A DNA stretch of 64,000 nucleotides, from the NCBI GenBank assembly GCA_963762115.1, contig CAVXJH010000006.1, positions 448,001 to 512,000 on the forward strand, in the 5' to 3' direction. The notes under the pieces are model-generated. The model was not told the origin of the DNA and searched no databases. It saw nothing but the letters and a program-made list of their open reading frames with translations. Positions 10,193 through 20,307 of this stretch are shown one piece after another (the first letter of the stretch is position 1; each line of letters begins with the position of its first letter). The translations under genes were made by a program, and so were the position numbers. The DNA is from Candidatus Babeliales bacterium. GTDB lineage: Bacteria > Babelota > Babeliae > Babelales > JANWKD01.

Positions 10193-11602
10193 ATGAAAAA
10201 ATGTATAACTATTTTTTTTCTTTTTATAGGCATTACATCAACTATACAAGCAAATTTAGGTACTATTTTTGATACATTGATGGGAGCTAATACGAATCCA
10301 TATTTTCAAGCATGTATAACAAATAAAATTAAAGAACCATGGTTTCCTGATAGTAACTTTGCTTATTATTTTTCTCGTTCACTCTTTGAGAAATATTCTA
10401 TAGAAAATGGATTATCACAAATAAAATTGAAAATTCCCAAAATTATCCATCAAATTTGGTTAGGAGGTTTTGTGCCAGTGAAATATGTTGATTGGATAGC
10501 AACATGGCATGAGCATCATCCTGATTGGACAATTATAATGTGGATGGATGAAGATATACAAAATCTTAACTTAGTAAATAAAGATTTGTTTCTGACGGCA
10601 AAAAATTATGGAGAAAAGTCAGATATTCTTCGGTTGGAGCTTATTAATATGTTTGGGGGGTTATACGTTGATACTGATTATGAATGCTTGAAGCCATTAG
10701 ATGCGTTTCATTATTGTAATAGTTTTTATGTAAGCTCTGCGGGGATTGGTGAGTGTGGCGTTGGTATTGTTAATGCTTTAATAGGTGCTTCACCACGGCA
10801 TCCGCTCATTGGTAAATTGGTGCATTCTATGAAAGCAGCGGCACACATGCCTATGCTGAGTCAAAGAAGTGGGCCTATGTATTTTACCAAAATATTTTTT
10901 GAAAATGTTGAAGAATGTTCAAAAGATGTTGTTATGTATCCTGCTGACTATCTTGCGGCTCATGGTGGTATTTCATATGCTACTCATTGGTTTGATGCTA
11001 GTTGGTTAAATCCATCAGGATTAAATCAAAGGATACTTCATGATTCAAGATTAGAAAAAACGTTAACGCCATTATTTTTTAAAAAGAAATCTGGTGGCAA
11101 GTATCCTAGGATTTTCCCAAAATTATATTATGATATTTGGACTGGAATATTTGAACAACTTAAGAATCGTACTATTGTTGAATTAGGTGTAACGAATTTT
11201 ATCGTTGATTCTAGAATGGATCTGGGTGACCTGAAGTATATAGGCATTTCTCCCGTCAAATTTTTGGCCCTGCAACAACGACTATTTTATAATGATCATG
11301 CCAATCGGGTCTATTGGTGGAAAAATTGTTTGGTGGAAGGGATTCCTCAATGTGGATTATTAATTCTTGGTGATTGCATGGAATATCTTTCTTATGCAGA
11401 TTGTATGACTCTTTTACAAAAAGTTGCTTATTGTGATCCTGAGATTGTTATTATTGCTCATAATAGTGCTCAGAATAATAGTGATACCGAGCTTGGGCAA
11501 CAAAGATCACTTAATATGGGTCAGGCGCCATTTAATCTTCCTAATCCTGATAAGATAATTACTATAGAGAAAAAGACGTATGGTGTTTGGAGAAATTGTT
11601 AG
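10193..11602 (+). CDS. GT32 (OCH1/DXD-type) glycosyltransferase with signal peptide and C-terminal methyltransferase-like domain
   Basis: IPKIIHQIW, KSDILRLELI, GGLYVDTD motifs; N-terminal MKK-hydrophobic-IQA; C-terminal TIVELG...DCMEYL...LNMGQAPFNLP. Confidence 0.8.
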   Translation: MKKCITIFFLFIGITSTIQANLGTIFDTLMGANTNPYFQACITNKIKEPWFPDSNFAYYFSRSLFEKYSIENGLSQIKLKIPKIIHQIWLGGFVPVKYVDWIATWHEHHPDWTIIMWMDEDIQNLNLVNKDLFLTAKNYGEKSDILRLELINMFGGLYVDTDYECLKPLDAFHYCNSFYVSSAGIGECGVGIVNALIGASPRHPLIGKLVHSMKAAAHMPMLSQRSGPMYFTKIFFENVEECSKDVVMYPADYLAAHGGISYATHWFDASWLNPSGLNQRILHDSRLEKTLTPLFFKKKSGGKYPRIFPKLYYDIWTGIFEQLKNRTIVELGVTNFIVDSRMDLGDLKYIGISPVKFLALQQRLFYNDHANRVYWWKNCLVEGIPQCGLLILGDCMEYLSYADCMTLLQKVAYCDPEIVIIAHNSAQNNSDTELGQQRSLNMGQAPFNLPNPDKIITIEKKTYGVWRNC

Positions 11603-11617
11603 TAAAGGAAAAGTAAT

Positions 11618-12961
11618 TTAATGCACAGAAAATTGAAAGTTTTCTTTGGTTGAGACTTTCTTTTGTTGTATAAAAGCTTGGTAGAAAATTACGATGCCAA
11701 GTGCGGTTAACAATAATAAAATCGGTTCAAACATGAGGCGATATCGTCCACAGCCATCGTGCCCGGTGATAAAAGAAAAATATCCTATATAACTGCAAAA
11801 AAAGCTTAATAAAGCATATTTTTTTTGCAAGAATAAATATATTAGAGCAATGATAACAAATAAATATTGTAATAATAACCAAATAGCTTCACATAAAGCG
11901 ATCAAGCTAAGATAAGACGAGGTTGATCCAAAAGTAATGTATTTTTGCGCTCGTTCTAAAAAATTTCCTTGCATGTTGAAAAACGAGCAGGAACCCCCTT
12001 GTATTTCAGGATTAAACATAGACTTTAATTGTGTTGAATAAAGCCCAAAAAAAGTTCTCATCATAGCATTTGCCCAAGCAGAAAAAATAATAAATGGGCG
12101 TTCTCTCAGAATCATAAAAAATATATTTTTGCTGAGTTCGAGTTTTGCTTCATTGTTTTTACAAGAATCTATCTTTTGGATAATGTTTTCTCGTGTAATT
12201 GTGTCTAAGCGTGGCAAAATTCTTCGCGGCAAAAAATAGATAAAGATATTTTCGCTCACTAAATTTGTAACACAAAAGATTCCAAAAACTTTTTTATTAT
12301 ATGCCATATAATTGATAATAGGGAAATAAAAACATGAAAACATTAGAGTGAAAAGTATCATCTTGTGCTTTTTAGTTTTCGAAGGCATAAAGAAGAGTAT
12401 GCAACTGAGGGGAGTAATAAAATACAAAGCAACAGGTTTTACTATGACAGAACAACCTAACAAAAAAGCGGCTAGAGAGAGATTAGATTTGTTCTGTTGT
12501 TTAATAAATAAACAAAAAAAATAGAGAAATCCCACTAAAAATGTGGCAAGAAGTATTTCAGCAAGGATGAGCTGTGCATAAACCAAAAAACCTATATTGA
12601 ATGAAAATAAGAATAATACAAGATAAGCACTATTTTGATTAAAGAGTTGTAAGGCAAGGTTATAGAGCATAAAACTGCATAAAATGCCGAGCAGTATTTG
12701 AAAAATAAATAGTATGTTACTTTGATAAAATAGCGAGAAAATAATACCTAAAAACCAATGATAACCAATAGTATGACTTGGCATTGTATTGGGATATTCT
12801 GGATGGTACAGATTCCCAGTAGCTGCATAATATTGACCAATTAATTCATATTCTGATGAATCAACATCACGGTGGCCTTTAAGGGTGAGCTTATTGTATA
12901 ATATGCTTGAAAAACCAATAAAAAGAGTGAGGCAGCCAAGAATAAATATTATTTTTTTCAT
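11618..12961 (-). CDS. ArnT/PMT-like (GT-C) membrane glycosyltransferase
   Basis: DSSEY in first loop, ILAE, IVKP, GRYRL motifs; many TM helices. Confidence 0.75.
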   Translation of the reverse strand: MKKIIFILGCLTLFIGFSSILYNKLTLKGHRDVDSSEYELIGQYYAATGNLYHPEYPNTMPSHTIGYHWFLGIIFSLFYQSNILFIFQILLGILCSFMLYNLALQLFNQNSAYLVLFLFSFNIGFLVYAQLILAEILLATFLVGFLYFFCLFIKQQNKSNLSLAAFLLGCSVIVKPVALYFITPLSCILFFMPSKTKKHKMILFTLMFSCFYFPIINYMAYNKKVFGIFCVTNLVSENIFIYFLPRRILPRLDTITRENIIQKIDSCKNNEAKLELSKNIFFMILRERPFIIFSAWANAMMRTFFGLYSTQLKSMFNPEIQGGSCSFFNMQGNFLERAQKYITFGSTSSYLSLIALCEAIWLLLQYLFVIIALIYLFLQKKYALLSFFCSYIGYFSFITGHDGCGRYRLMFEPILLLLTALGIVIFYQAFIQQKKVSTKENFQFSVH

Positions 12962-12967
12962 AGTTAC

Positions 12968-14419
12968 TTAAGGTAATAATATTCGTGAAATAGATTTTAT
13001 TGCTTGATAGTTGCGATAAAGATTTTTTATTTTTACATATAAAAAATTAAGAGCATAGCCAACAAAAAAAGCAAATACCCAATAAAAAATAATTAAATAA
13101 CGAGCTTCCATATGAGATGGCAATTTACTAATACAAGAAAAGGCGATACATAAGGCAAAAACTACTGCTGAATGATGCCGATTTTGCCATGCTAAAAAAA
13201 TACCTAGCCAACCAAGTAAGAGGAAAAATTCTATATAATGTAGTTTTGCAATGGCATAATCAATGCATTTCATTAATAACGATAAAGGATGGGATAGGCA
13301 ATAAAATATTCTTTCTCGTAAAGAATGACAATGATCAAGTAGGTGATCAACATTATTTGTCCATAAGGGATTGAAAAAAAACAGAAGAGGAATGCGTTTT
13401 AAAATCATTGAAATATAACTGAACGGGTGTTTTTGTATTGCTTTTATAAAAAGCTCATGAGCTTTATCATTTATTTCAATAGTACCTTGTTTTAATTGGT
13501 AGTTTTTTTGCATATAAGATGCAAACCATTCATCATCCATAATGAATCCCCAGGGATTTTTGTATTCTCCAAGCCCTTCAATAAGATCTTGACCAGCAGG
13601 AGAAACAAGATAACGATTATAGGCAGTTTTATTATAAGCTATAAATGGTATCCAAAAAGCTAGTGCATTTAATAACCAAAAAAGAGAAATAATATATATA
13701 GGTTTCGATGATTTTTTCCGAAAAAATAATAATGCTAAAGTTATTGGGATTAAAGTGAAAAAAATAGTTGGTCGCATCCATTGGCACAATGCAAAAAAGA
13801 GGCTGTAGAATATACCTTTATTTAATGATAATGAGTTATGGTATGCAGCAATAATGCTGTAAAAAATAACTGCTAATCCATAATAGCCCCAAATATCACG
13901 CATAACTTGTACGTTAAGAAAGATAAGAGGGAAATAACAAAGAAATGCGCCGCAAACAAAAAGTGCGATCTGTCTTTGATGGAAAAGGAGCATTGCGCTT
14001 TCATATATTAAAATCATTAGTAAGGAAAAAAGTAACATTTGTAACATTTGCATATTTTGATACGTAAGTTTGTTAGTTAATTTCCATAATAAACCTAATA
14101 ATATGCCATATCCTATGGTATCATTTACTGATCGATATTCTGTGTCATCTGATACTGTCGAAGTGTTGAATTCTTCATAGGTAACGAGCTGTTCTTTTTC
14201 ATTGCACAATGTAGCAAAGTTTTGTATGCGTTCAGGGTTCACTTTAATACTATTATTGTTGTAAAGGTTGAAGGCAATTTCAGCATGGGGAGCAAGGAGT
14301 CCAGTAAAGAAAAAAGTTTTTTGATTAAATAAGAAAAAAAAGATGTTTAAAAGCAATGCCAAAGCAACAAAAAATATTTTATCAATTCTTGATTGTGATA
14401 GAGCAAAAGGATTCTTCAT
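12968..14419 (-). CDS. GT-C-like membrane glycosyltransferase
   Basis: Many TM helices; NDTIGY loop, WMRP and HMEARYL motifs typical of GT-C-fold proteins. Confidence 0.65.
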   Translation of the reverse strand: MKNPFALSQSRIDKIFFVALALLLNIFFFLFNQKTFFFTGLLAPHAEIAFNLYNNNSIKVNPERIQNFATLCNEKEQLVTYEEFNTSTVSDDTEYRSVNDTIGYGILLGLLWKLTNKLTYQNMQMLQMLLFSLLMILIYESAMLLFHQRQIALFVCGAFLCYFPLIFLNVQVMRDIWGYYGLAVIFYSIIAAYHNSLSLNKGIFYSLFFALCQWMRPTIFFTLIPITLALLFFRKKSSKPIYIISLFWLLNALAFWIPFIAYNKTAYNRYLVSPAGQDLIEGLGEYKNPWGFIMDDEWFASYMQKNYQLKQGTIEINDKAHELFIKAIQKHPFSYISMILKRIPLLFFFNPLWTNNVDHLLDHCHSLRERIFYCLSHPLSLLMKCIDYAIAKLHYIEFFLLLGWLGIFLAWQNRHHSAVVFALCIAFSCISKLPSHMEARYLIIFYWVFAFFVGYALNFLYVKIKNLYRNYQAIKSISRILLP

Positions 14420-14580
14420 TACATTCTCTCTAATTTAAAATTTTTATTTAATATTTAGCATAGAGCCATAAAAATAACAATTGGATGATTTAGGGGGAAG
14501 GAGTTTGTGAAGATTAAAGATATGTGCTATAAAGACAAACATTAAGGAAAAAAATTGAAGGATTGAGATGAAGGACTATT

Positions 14581-15771
14581 ATGATTTTGATGGAATGCAG
14601 ATATAATTTATTGCAACAGATTTTAGCTGCTTATGGTAAAACAAAAATCCCTTTATTTGAAACTACCAATTTCATTTATGATGATATTGGAATTTATATT
14701 TTAATTCCGAAGTTAGTTTATTTTTTTGGTTTAACCTTAGATCAGGGAATTAATTTATTTTTTTATTCACAAGTATATTCGGCATTCGCACTCGGGTTAA
14801 TGGGCTTTTTGCTTTTATACCGTTCTCTGGCAAATAATGTTATTACTATATTGATTTTTACTTTATTTTTAAGATTTGCAAGAAATTATGTAGCAGATGT
14901 TTATCTTGAATATTTAATTCCAACATTAGCAATAATCCCTTTGTTTTTATATTTTTGCACAAAAAAATATAATTCGCGTTTATTTCCGGCATTTATGTTT
15001 TTTTGTGGCATTTTAGTTGGTTTTTCTCATTATGTGCGTGCATATTCATCTTTGGGAGTATTGGGATTTGTTCTTTGTATGCTTTTTTTGAATGAATACA
15101 TAAGTATTAAGCGAAAGAGTGTTTTAATATTATTTTTGTTGTTGGGGTTAAGTCTTCCAATGTGCTATTTTATGTCTGCTATACACCATTATACAAATCA
15201 TATGAAACAACATTTATCAGAGTATGATAGTGAGCAAATGAGGCATCTAATATGGCATCCAATTTATTTAGGATTTAGTTTTTTAGGCTACAATAATAGC
15301 GATAAAATAGTTTGGGATGATTTTTTTGCTCATAAAAAAGTACAGGAATTAGCACCTGCAGTTACTATAAAGCAAACATATGAATATGAAAATGTTTTAA
15401 AAAATGAAATATTTCATATGATTAAAACTCAGCGAGAATTTGTTATTTGGACTTTGTTTGCAAAGTTAGGGATATTGTTTTGGTATCTTCTTTTATTTGC
15501 TAATATTGGTTTATTAGCATTTTTTTTCGTAGTAAATCGTTGGCGATTAACGCTATCTTTTTTTTGTGCTTTTATGCTTAGTAGTATTCATTCTATTCTT
15601 GTTTTGCCAATTTATTCTTATGCTTTAGGATTTATTACTTTCGCATTTTTATTTGGGATTATATATATTAATGAATTTTTAGTGCAACAAAATCTTAAAA
15701 AATTATTTTTTGGAAATAGTTATAATAAGATAGAAAATAATATTCAAACAATTTCTATATCGGTGCAATAA
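14581..15771 (+). CDS. putative GT-C-fold membrane glycosyltransferase (paralog family copy 3)
   Basis: YDDIGIYILIPKL, DVY, HYVRAYS, HLIWH, IVWDD, TLFAKLG. Confidence 0.65.
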   Translation: MILMECRYNLLQQILAAYGKTKIPLFETTNFIYDDIGIYILIPKLVYFFGLTLDQGINLFFYSQVYSAFALGLMGFLLLYRSLANNVITILIFTLFLRFARNYVADVYLEYLIPTLAIIPLFLYFCTKKYNSRLFPAFMFFCGILVGFSHYVRAYSSLGVLGFVLCMLFLNEYISIKRKSVLILFLLLGLSLPMCYFMSAIHHYTNHMKQHLSEYDSEQMRHLIWHPIYLGFSFLGYNNSDKIVWDDFFAHKKVQELAPAVTIKQTYEYENVLKNEIFHMIKTQREFVIWTLFAKLGILFWYLLLFANIGLLAFFFVVNRWRLTLSFFCAFMLSSIHSILVLPIYSYALGFITFAFLFGIIYINEFLVQQNLKKLFFGNSYNKIENNIQTISISVQ

Positions 15772-15809
15772 TTTGTTGTTTAATTGTGGTAACAAAGGGA
15801 TGAGTAGTT

Positions 15810-17003
15810 ATGGTTTTGATGGAGTGTCGGTATAATTTTTTACAAAAAATTGTTGCGGCGTTTGATAAGGTACAAGTTCCTTTGATTGGTTTTGATGGAA
15901 AGAATTTAATACCTTTTTTAACGTATGATGACATTGGTATTTATCTTTTGATTCCAAAATTAGTACGGTTGTTAAATATATCACTAGATCGAGCTATCGA
16001 TCTTTTTTTTTATAGTTCACTTGGAATATCATTTCTGTTGGGTTTATGTGGATTTTTTCTTTTATATAAATCTTTTATAAATAGATTTATCATCTGTTTA
16101 GCATTTGCTTGTATGTATACTTTTTTATTAGTACGAGGTATTTCTGATGTTTATATATTTTATCTAGTTTCTATTTTTTCTGTTATACCTCTTTTTTTAT
16201 ATTTTATTTTAAAAAATAATGAATCGAACATATTTAATTATTTTATGATCTTTGCAGGGGTTGTTATTAATTCTTCTAGCTATATTAGATCGTATTCTTC
16301 GCTGCCGGTGATAGGATTTATTTTTTGTATGATACTTTTGAATCAAAAAATTTTACCTCTAAAAAAAATTATACTTCTGAGTTGTATGATTCTAGGAATT
16401 TGTATAGCTACATTATATTTTAAGGTTAACTTATACAGATATCAAAATTTTGCAAAAAACAATTTTGCTGTGTTTGATCAGCTACAGACAAAACATGTTT
16501 TTTGGCATCAAGTTTATTTAGGATTTGGTCTATTGAAAATAGAAAATAAGGATAATATTATCTGGGATGATTCGTTTGGAGAAAAAAAGGTGAGAGAAAA
16601 AATGCCAGATATTTCTTTGATTCAAACATCTGAATATGAAAATATATTAAAAAATGAGGTATTTGAGCTTCTGAAGCATCAAAGAGGATTTGTTATTTGG
16701 ACGATATTTGCTAAATTGGGCATTTTGCTGTGGTATATTATTTTATTTTCTAATATAGGGTTTTTGGCATTTTTATTTCTTAATAGAAGATGGGATTTAG
16801 ATTTGTCTTTTTTTTGTGCTTTTGTTTTGAGTAGCATTACTCCAATATTAACTTTACCATATTATTGTTATGCCTTAGGATTTATTACAATTTCATTTCT
16901 TTTTGGTCTTTTTTATATCAATGAATTTTTTATGTATTATCAATTAAAATATGAAAAGAGAAATAAACAAAATAATGAAAAAAATATACCAGTTATTGTT
17001 TAG
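15810..17003 (+). CDS. putative GT-C-fold membrane glycosyltransferase (paralog family copy 4)
   Basis: YDDIGIYLLIPKL, DVY, YIRSYS, HVFWH, IIWDD, TIFAKLG; tandem duplicate of 14581-15771 (both begin MxLMECRYN). Confidence 0.65.
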   Translation: MVLMECRYNFLQKIVAAFDKVQVPLIGFDGKNLIPFLTYDDIGIYLLIPKLVRLLNISLDRAIDLFFYSSLGISFLLGLCGFFLLYKSFINRFIICLAFACMYTFLLVRGISDVYIFYLVSIFSVIPLFLYFILKNNESNIFNYFMIFAGVVINSSSYIRSYSSLPVIGFIFCMILLNQKILPLKKIILLSCMILGICIATLYFKVNLYRYQNFAKNNFAVFDQLQTKHVFWHQVYLGFGLLKIENKDNIIWDDSFGEKKVREKMPDISLIQTSEYENILKNEVFELLKHQRGFVIWTIFAKLGILLWYIILFSNIGFLAFLFLNRRWDLDLSFFCAFVLSSITPILTLPYYCYALGFITISFLFGLFYINEFFMYYQLKYEKRNKQNNEKNIPVIV

Positions 17004-17026
17004 TTTTAAAATGATTGTGGGAAAAA

Positions 17027-17968
17027 ATGAAGACAGGTTTTAAATTTTTTTTGTCTGTGTTGTTGTATTTATTAGTTTGTCAAACTTATTCTATTCAAAG
17101 ATATTATATAACAGGAAATGAATTTAAAAAATGTGCAGATTATATTGTTGAAAATCACGTGGCGCATTTTAATCCTAAAAATGTTCAAGAAAAAAGTATT
17201 ATTTTTGTTGATGCGTATTCTTTGCCTTATTTTTTTAAGCAAATTTTTCCATTAATAGAAAATTCCTTTTTTTTAATAACGCATAATGGCGATGGTTCTG
17301 CTCCTGGTGAATTTGTAAAATTTTTAAATGATCCTCGTATCATTATGTGGTTTGGTCAAAATTGTGATGTAATTCACCCTAAATTTTTTCCTATTCCAAT
17401 TGGCATTGCAAATTCTCACTGGCCACACGGAGATACAAGAATTTTTGATACTGTTTTGGATAGTTTAGAGATGAATTTAAGTAATAAAATTCATAAGCTT
17501 TATGTTAATTTCGGGTTAACAACAGATATATATAGATCTAAACACAATACAGTACCTTCATGTTATGATGCTGTACCGTTTAGAAAAAAATTATATGAAC
17601 AACTTAGAGAAAAATCATTTGTTTTTATTCCTGCACAAAATTTAATGGAACACTTTCAAAAACCTATAAAAGAATTTCTTATTGAGCTTTCGCAATATTT
17701 GTTTGTTTTAAGTCCTTTTGGAGGAGGATTGGATTGTTTAAGAACATGGGAAGCATTATTAGTTGGATCGATTCCTATTGTATATTCATCTACATTGAAT
17801 CCTTTGTATGAAGATTTGCCTGTAATTATTGTTACAAGCTGGGATGAAATTACGGAAGAATTTTTAGAAATGAAATATCAAGAGATAAAAGCTAAGAAGT
17901 ATAATAAAGAAAAATTATTTATGAATTATTGGAGAGATATGATCAAAGAATATAAGAATTTTAATTGA
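17027..17968 (+). CDS. exostosin/GT47-like glycosyltransferase with signal peptide
   Basis: LITHNGD, PIPIGIAN and LSPFGGGLDCLRTWEALLVGSIPIV (exostosin-like C-terminal signature). Confidence 0.65.
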   Translation: MKTGFKFFLSVLLYLLVCQTYSIQRYYITGNEFKKCADYIVENHVAHFNPKNVQEKSIIFVDAYSLPYFFKQIFPLIENSFFLITHNGDGSAPGEFVKFLNDPRIIMWFGQNCDVIHPKFFPIPIGIANSHWPHGDTRIFDTVLDSLEMNLSNKIHKLYVNFGLTTDIYRSKHNTVPSCYDAVPFRKKLYEQLREKSFVFIPAQNLMEHFQKPIKEFLIELSQYLFVLSPFGGGLDCLRTWEALLVGSIPIVYSSTLNPLYEDLPVIIVTSWDEITEEFLEMKYQEIKAKKYNKEKLFMNYWRDMIKEYKNFN

Positions 17969-17996
17969 TATAAAAATTATAAAAAAGAAAGGAATT

Positions 17997-18749
17997 ATGA
18001 AGATTAACTCACCTTATTGTTTTTTAACTTTTATTCTCATAGTTTTATATAGTAATGCAAAAACGCATCTTTCAGATGCTGATATTAATGCAATATATAA
18101 CACTTTTGTTAAACCTAATTATAGTAATGAATATAAAATGCGCTATAGTCCTTTGCCTTTACATAAAAATAATTTACCTTGGCGTTGGGAAGGAAAGGAT
18201 TTACCGCGAATTTTTGCGCTTTTAGAATTTGAGCGATTTATTGTTAAGAATAAAATTCATTGCAATAAAGGATTGGCTATAAATGGTTTAGATCCTGAGT
18301 GGAACTATTTACCGTATAAAAAAATTGTTCAAATTGAATACGCGGATAATCCTGAAAAATATGATCTACATACATTAAATTTGTCTCAAAAAGATTTTGA
18401 TTTTGTTATAGTGAATCAAACATTGGAACATGTTTATGATCCTATTAGATGTTTAGAAAATATATACAATCATATGGCTCCAGGTGGATTTTTGTATTTA
18501 AATGTTCCTGCAAATGGTATTCCACATGCCACTCCTTGGCATTATTACACAGGGTATACGCCTGTTGGGCTTGGCGCTATTGTTAAGGCTGCAGGATTTG
18601 AAATTTTAAGTATTGGTCAATGGGGAAATTTAGAATATCTTAAAAAAATGTTTGATACCAATTCTTGGCCAGATTATCTTCAGTTTACCAATCCGGGGTT
18701 AAATGATATGGATTGTCCTGTCATTGCTTGGATTTTTGCAGTTAAGTAG
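17997..18749 (+). CDS. methyltransferase-domain protein (type 11-like) with signal peptide
   Basis: FDFVIVNQTLEHVYDP...MAPGGFLYLNVP; glycine-rich motif I is degenerate. Confidence 0.7.
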   Translation: MKINSPYCFLTFILIVLYSNAKTHLSDADINAIYNTFVKPNYSNEYKMRYSPLPLHKNNLPWRWEGKDLPRIFALLEFERFIVKNKIHCNKGLAINGLDPEWNYLPYKKIVQIEYADNPEKYDLHTLNLSQKDFDFVIVNQTLEHVYDPIRCLENIYNHMAPGGFLYLNVPANGIPHATPWHYYTGYTPVGLGAIVKAAGFEILSIGQWGNLEYLKKMFDTNSWPDYLQFTNPGLNDMDCPVIAWIFAVK

Positions 18750-18799
18750 GATAAAATGATTATAAAGAATTTGATAGATATAAAAAATAGGAAAAAATA

Positions 18800-19498
18800 A
18801 TGAAGTTGTTAAAAAAATTATTTGTGTTCATTACTTTGCCCTTATGTGTTTATGCAACAGAAGCGCAATTGTTGGTTGAGCATGTTAAGCAAAGTATTGA
18901 AAATGCGAAAATAGAAAAATCAAAATTAACAGAAGATATTCTTAATATCGGTGGTAAAACATCATCAAGAGTAAAGCATTTGTTAAATAATGTATGTAGT
19001 TTGCCATCAGCAAGATATCTTGAAATTGGCGTATTTCAAGGATCAACTTTCATCTCAGCTCTTTATCAAAATACAAATACATTGTTTGATGCAATAGCAA
19101 TTGATAATTGGTCTGAATTTGGTTATCAAAAAACAGCTTTTACCGAAAATGCTTTGCAGTTTTTACCTCAGAATTCATATAGATTATATGAACAAGACTC
19201 ATTTAGTATCTATTTAGATACTATTTTTGAACAACCTATTGATATATATTTTTATGATGGAAATCATTCTCGAGAAGCTCAACGACAAGCTTTTACCTAT
19301 TATAATAATGTTTTTGCAGATGTTTTTATTGCTATTGTTGATGATTGGAATTGGGAGCAAGTTAAAACGCCTACAAAACAAGCATTTGAAGAATTAGGTT
19401 ATACCATACTCTTTGAAGAGGAATTGCCAGCTCGATATGTCGGAGACTTGGAAAATTGGTGGAATGGTATTTATATTGCAGTAATTCAAAAAAATTAA
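18800..19498 (+). CDS. class I SAM-dependent methyltransferase (Methyltransf_24-like) with signal peptide
   Basis: YLEIGVFQGST, AIDNW, FYDGNH, IVDDWNW. Confidence 0.8.
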   Translation: MKLLKKLFVFITLPLCVYATEAQLLVEHVKQSIENAKIEKSKLTEDILNIGGKTSSRVKHLLNNVCSLPSARYLEIGVFQGSTFISALYQNTNTLFDAIAIDNWSEFGYQKTAFTENALQFLPQNSYRLYEQDSFSIYLDTIFEQPIDIYFYDGNHSREAQRQAFTYYNNVFADVFIAIVDDWNWEQVKTPTKQAFEELGYTILFEEELPARYVGDLENWWNGIYIAVIQKN

Positions 19499-19503
19499 TT
19501 AGA

Positions 19504-20307
19504 TTAATATTTTTTTGTAAGATCAAGTGTCATGAAAAAGCCTGACTTATGCCAACCGAAGATACATGCTGCACTATATGCAAACCACTGAATTGGCTTT
19601 GGTTTGTAATATAATAAATCGTGCTTAGTCACCGTGGCTTTTATTTCGTTAATATGTACGGGGTATTTTTTTAAAATATCCCGTATTTCTTTTTGCGTAT
19701 AAGCTTTTGTTCCCAAGCTCTCTTGATCATAAAAAAGCACATCGCTGAAACTGCGGAATGGTTTTCCGCTTAATAACCCGCATAAGAGATAGCGATAAAA
19801 AGCAAATAATGATCTTCGATTATAGATCATAATTTTAATCGAGCCGCCGGGCTTGGCAACGCGAATTATTTCTTCAAGACATTTGATGGTATCAGGTGAA
19901 TGATGAATGACGCCCCATGAATAAACAAGCTCAAATGTATTGTCTTGATAGGGTAAATGTTCAGCATCAGCAACATGTAATTCTTGTGATTGTAGATTAT
20001 ACAAGTTTAAACGATGAGTAACATTGGTAATTGCCTCTTGCGTTAAATCTATACCATGTGCTTGTGCACCTGCTTTGACCCATTGCAAAAAATCAGTGCC
20101 AGCACCAACACCAACTTCTAATATTTTTTTTCCATGAAAGCGAGTAAATTGAGCAAAAGAAAAAATTTCTGGCTCAAGTGAGTATCTAATTTTTTCTATT
20201 TCTTCAAAGTATTCTCGAGTAAATTTTTCTTTTTTAATAAATTCAGTCCCACAACTTGCTTGATTCCAATAATTATGAACTTCTTGTTTGAGATTTTCTT
20301 TATGCAT
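19504..20307 (-). CDS. class I SAM-dependent methyltransferase
   Basis: ILEVGVGAGTD, DAEHLPY, YSWGVIHHSPD, RVAKPGG. Confidence 0.9.
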   Translation of the reverse strand: MHKENLKQEVHNYWNQASCGTEFIKKEKFTREYFEEIEKIRYSLEPEIFSFAQFTRFHGKKILEVGVGAGTDFLQWVKAGAQAHGIDLTQEAITNVTHRLNLYNLQSQELHVADAEHLPYQDNTFELVYSWGVIHHSPDTIKCLEEIIRVAKPGGSIKIMIYNRRSLFAFYRYLLCGLLSGKPFRSFSDVLFYDQESLGTKAYTQKEIRDILKKYPVHINEIKATVTKHDLLYYKPKPIQWFAYSAACIFGWHKSGFFMTLDLTKKY

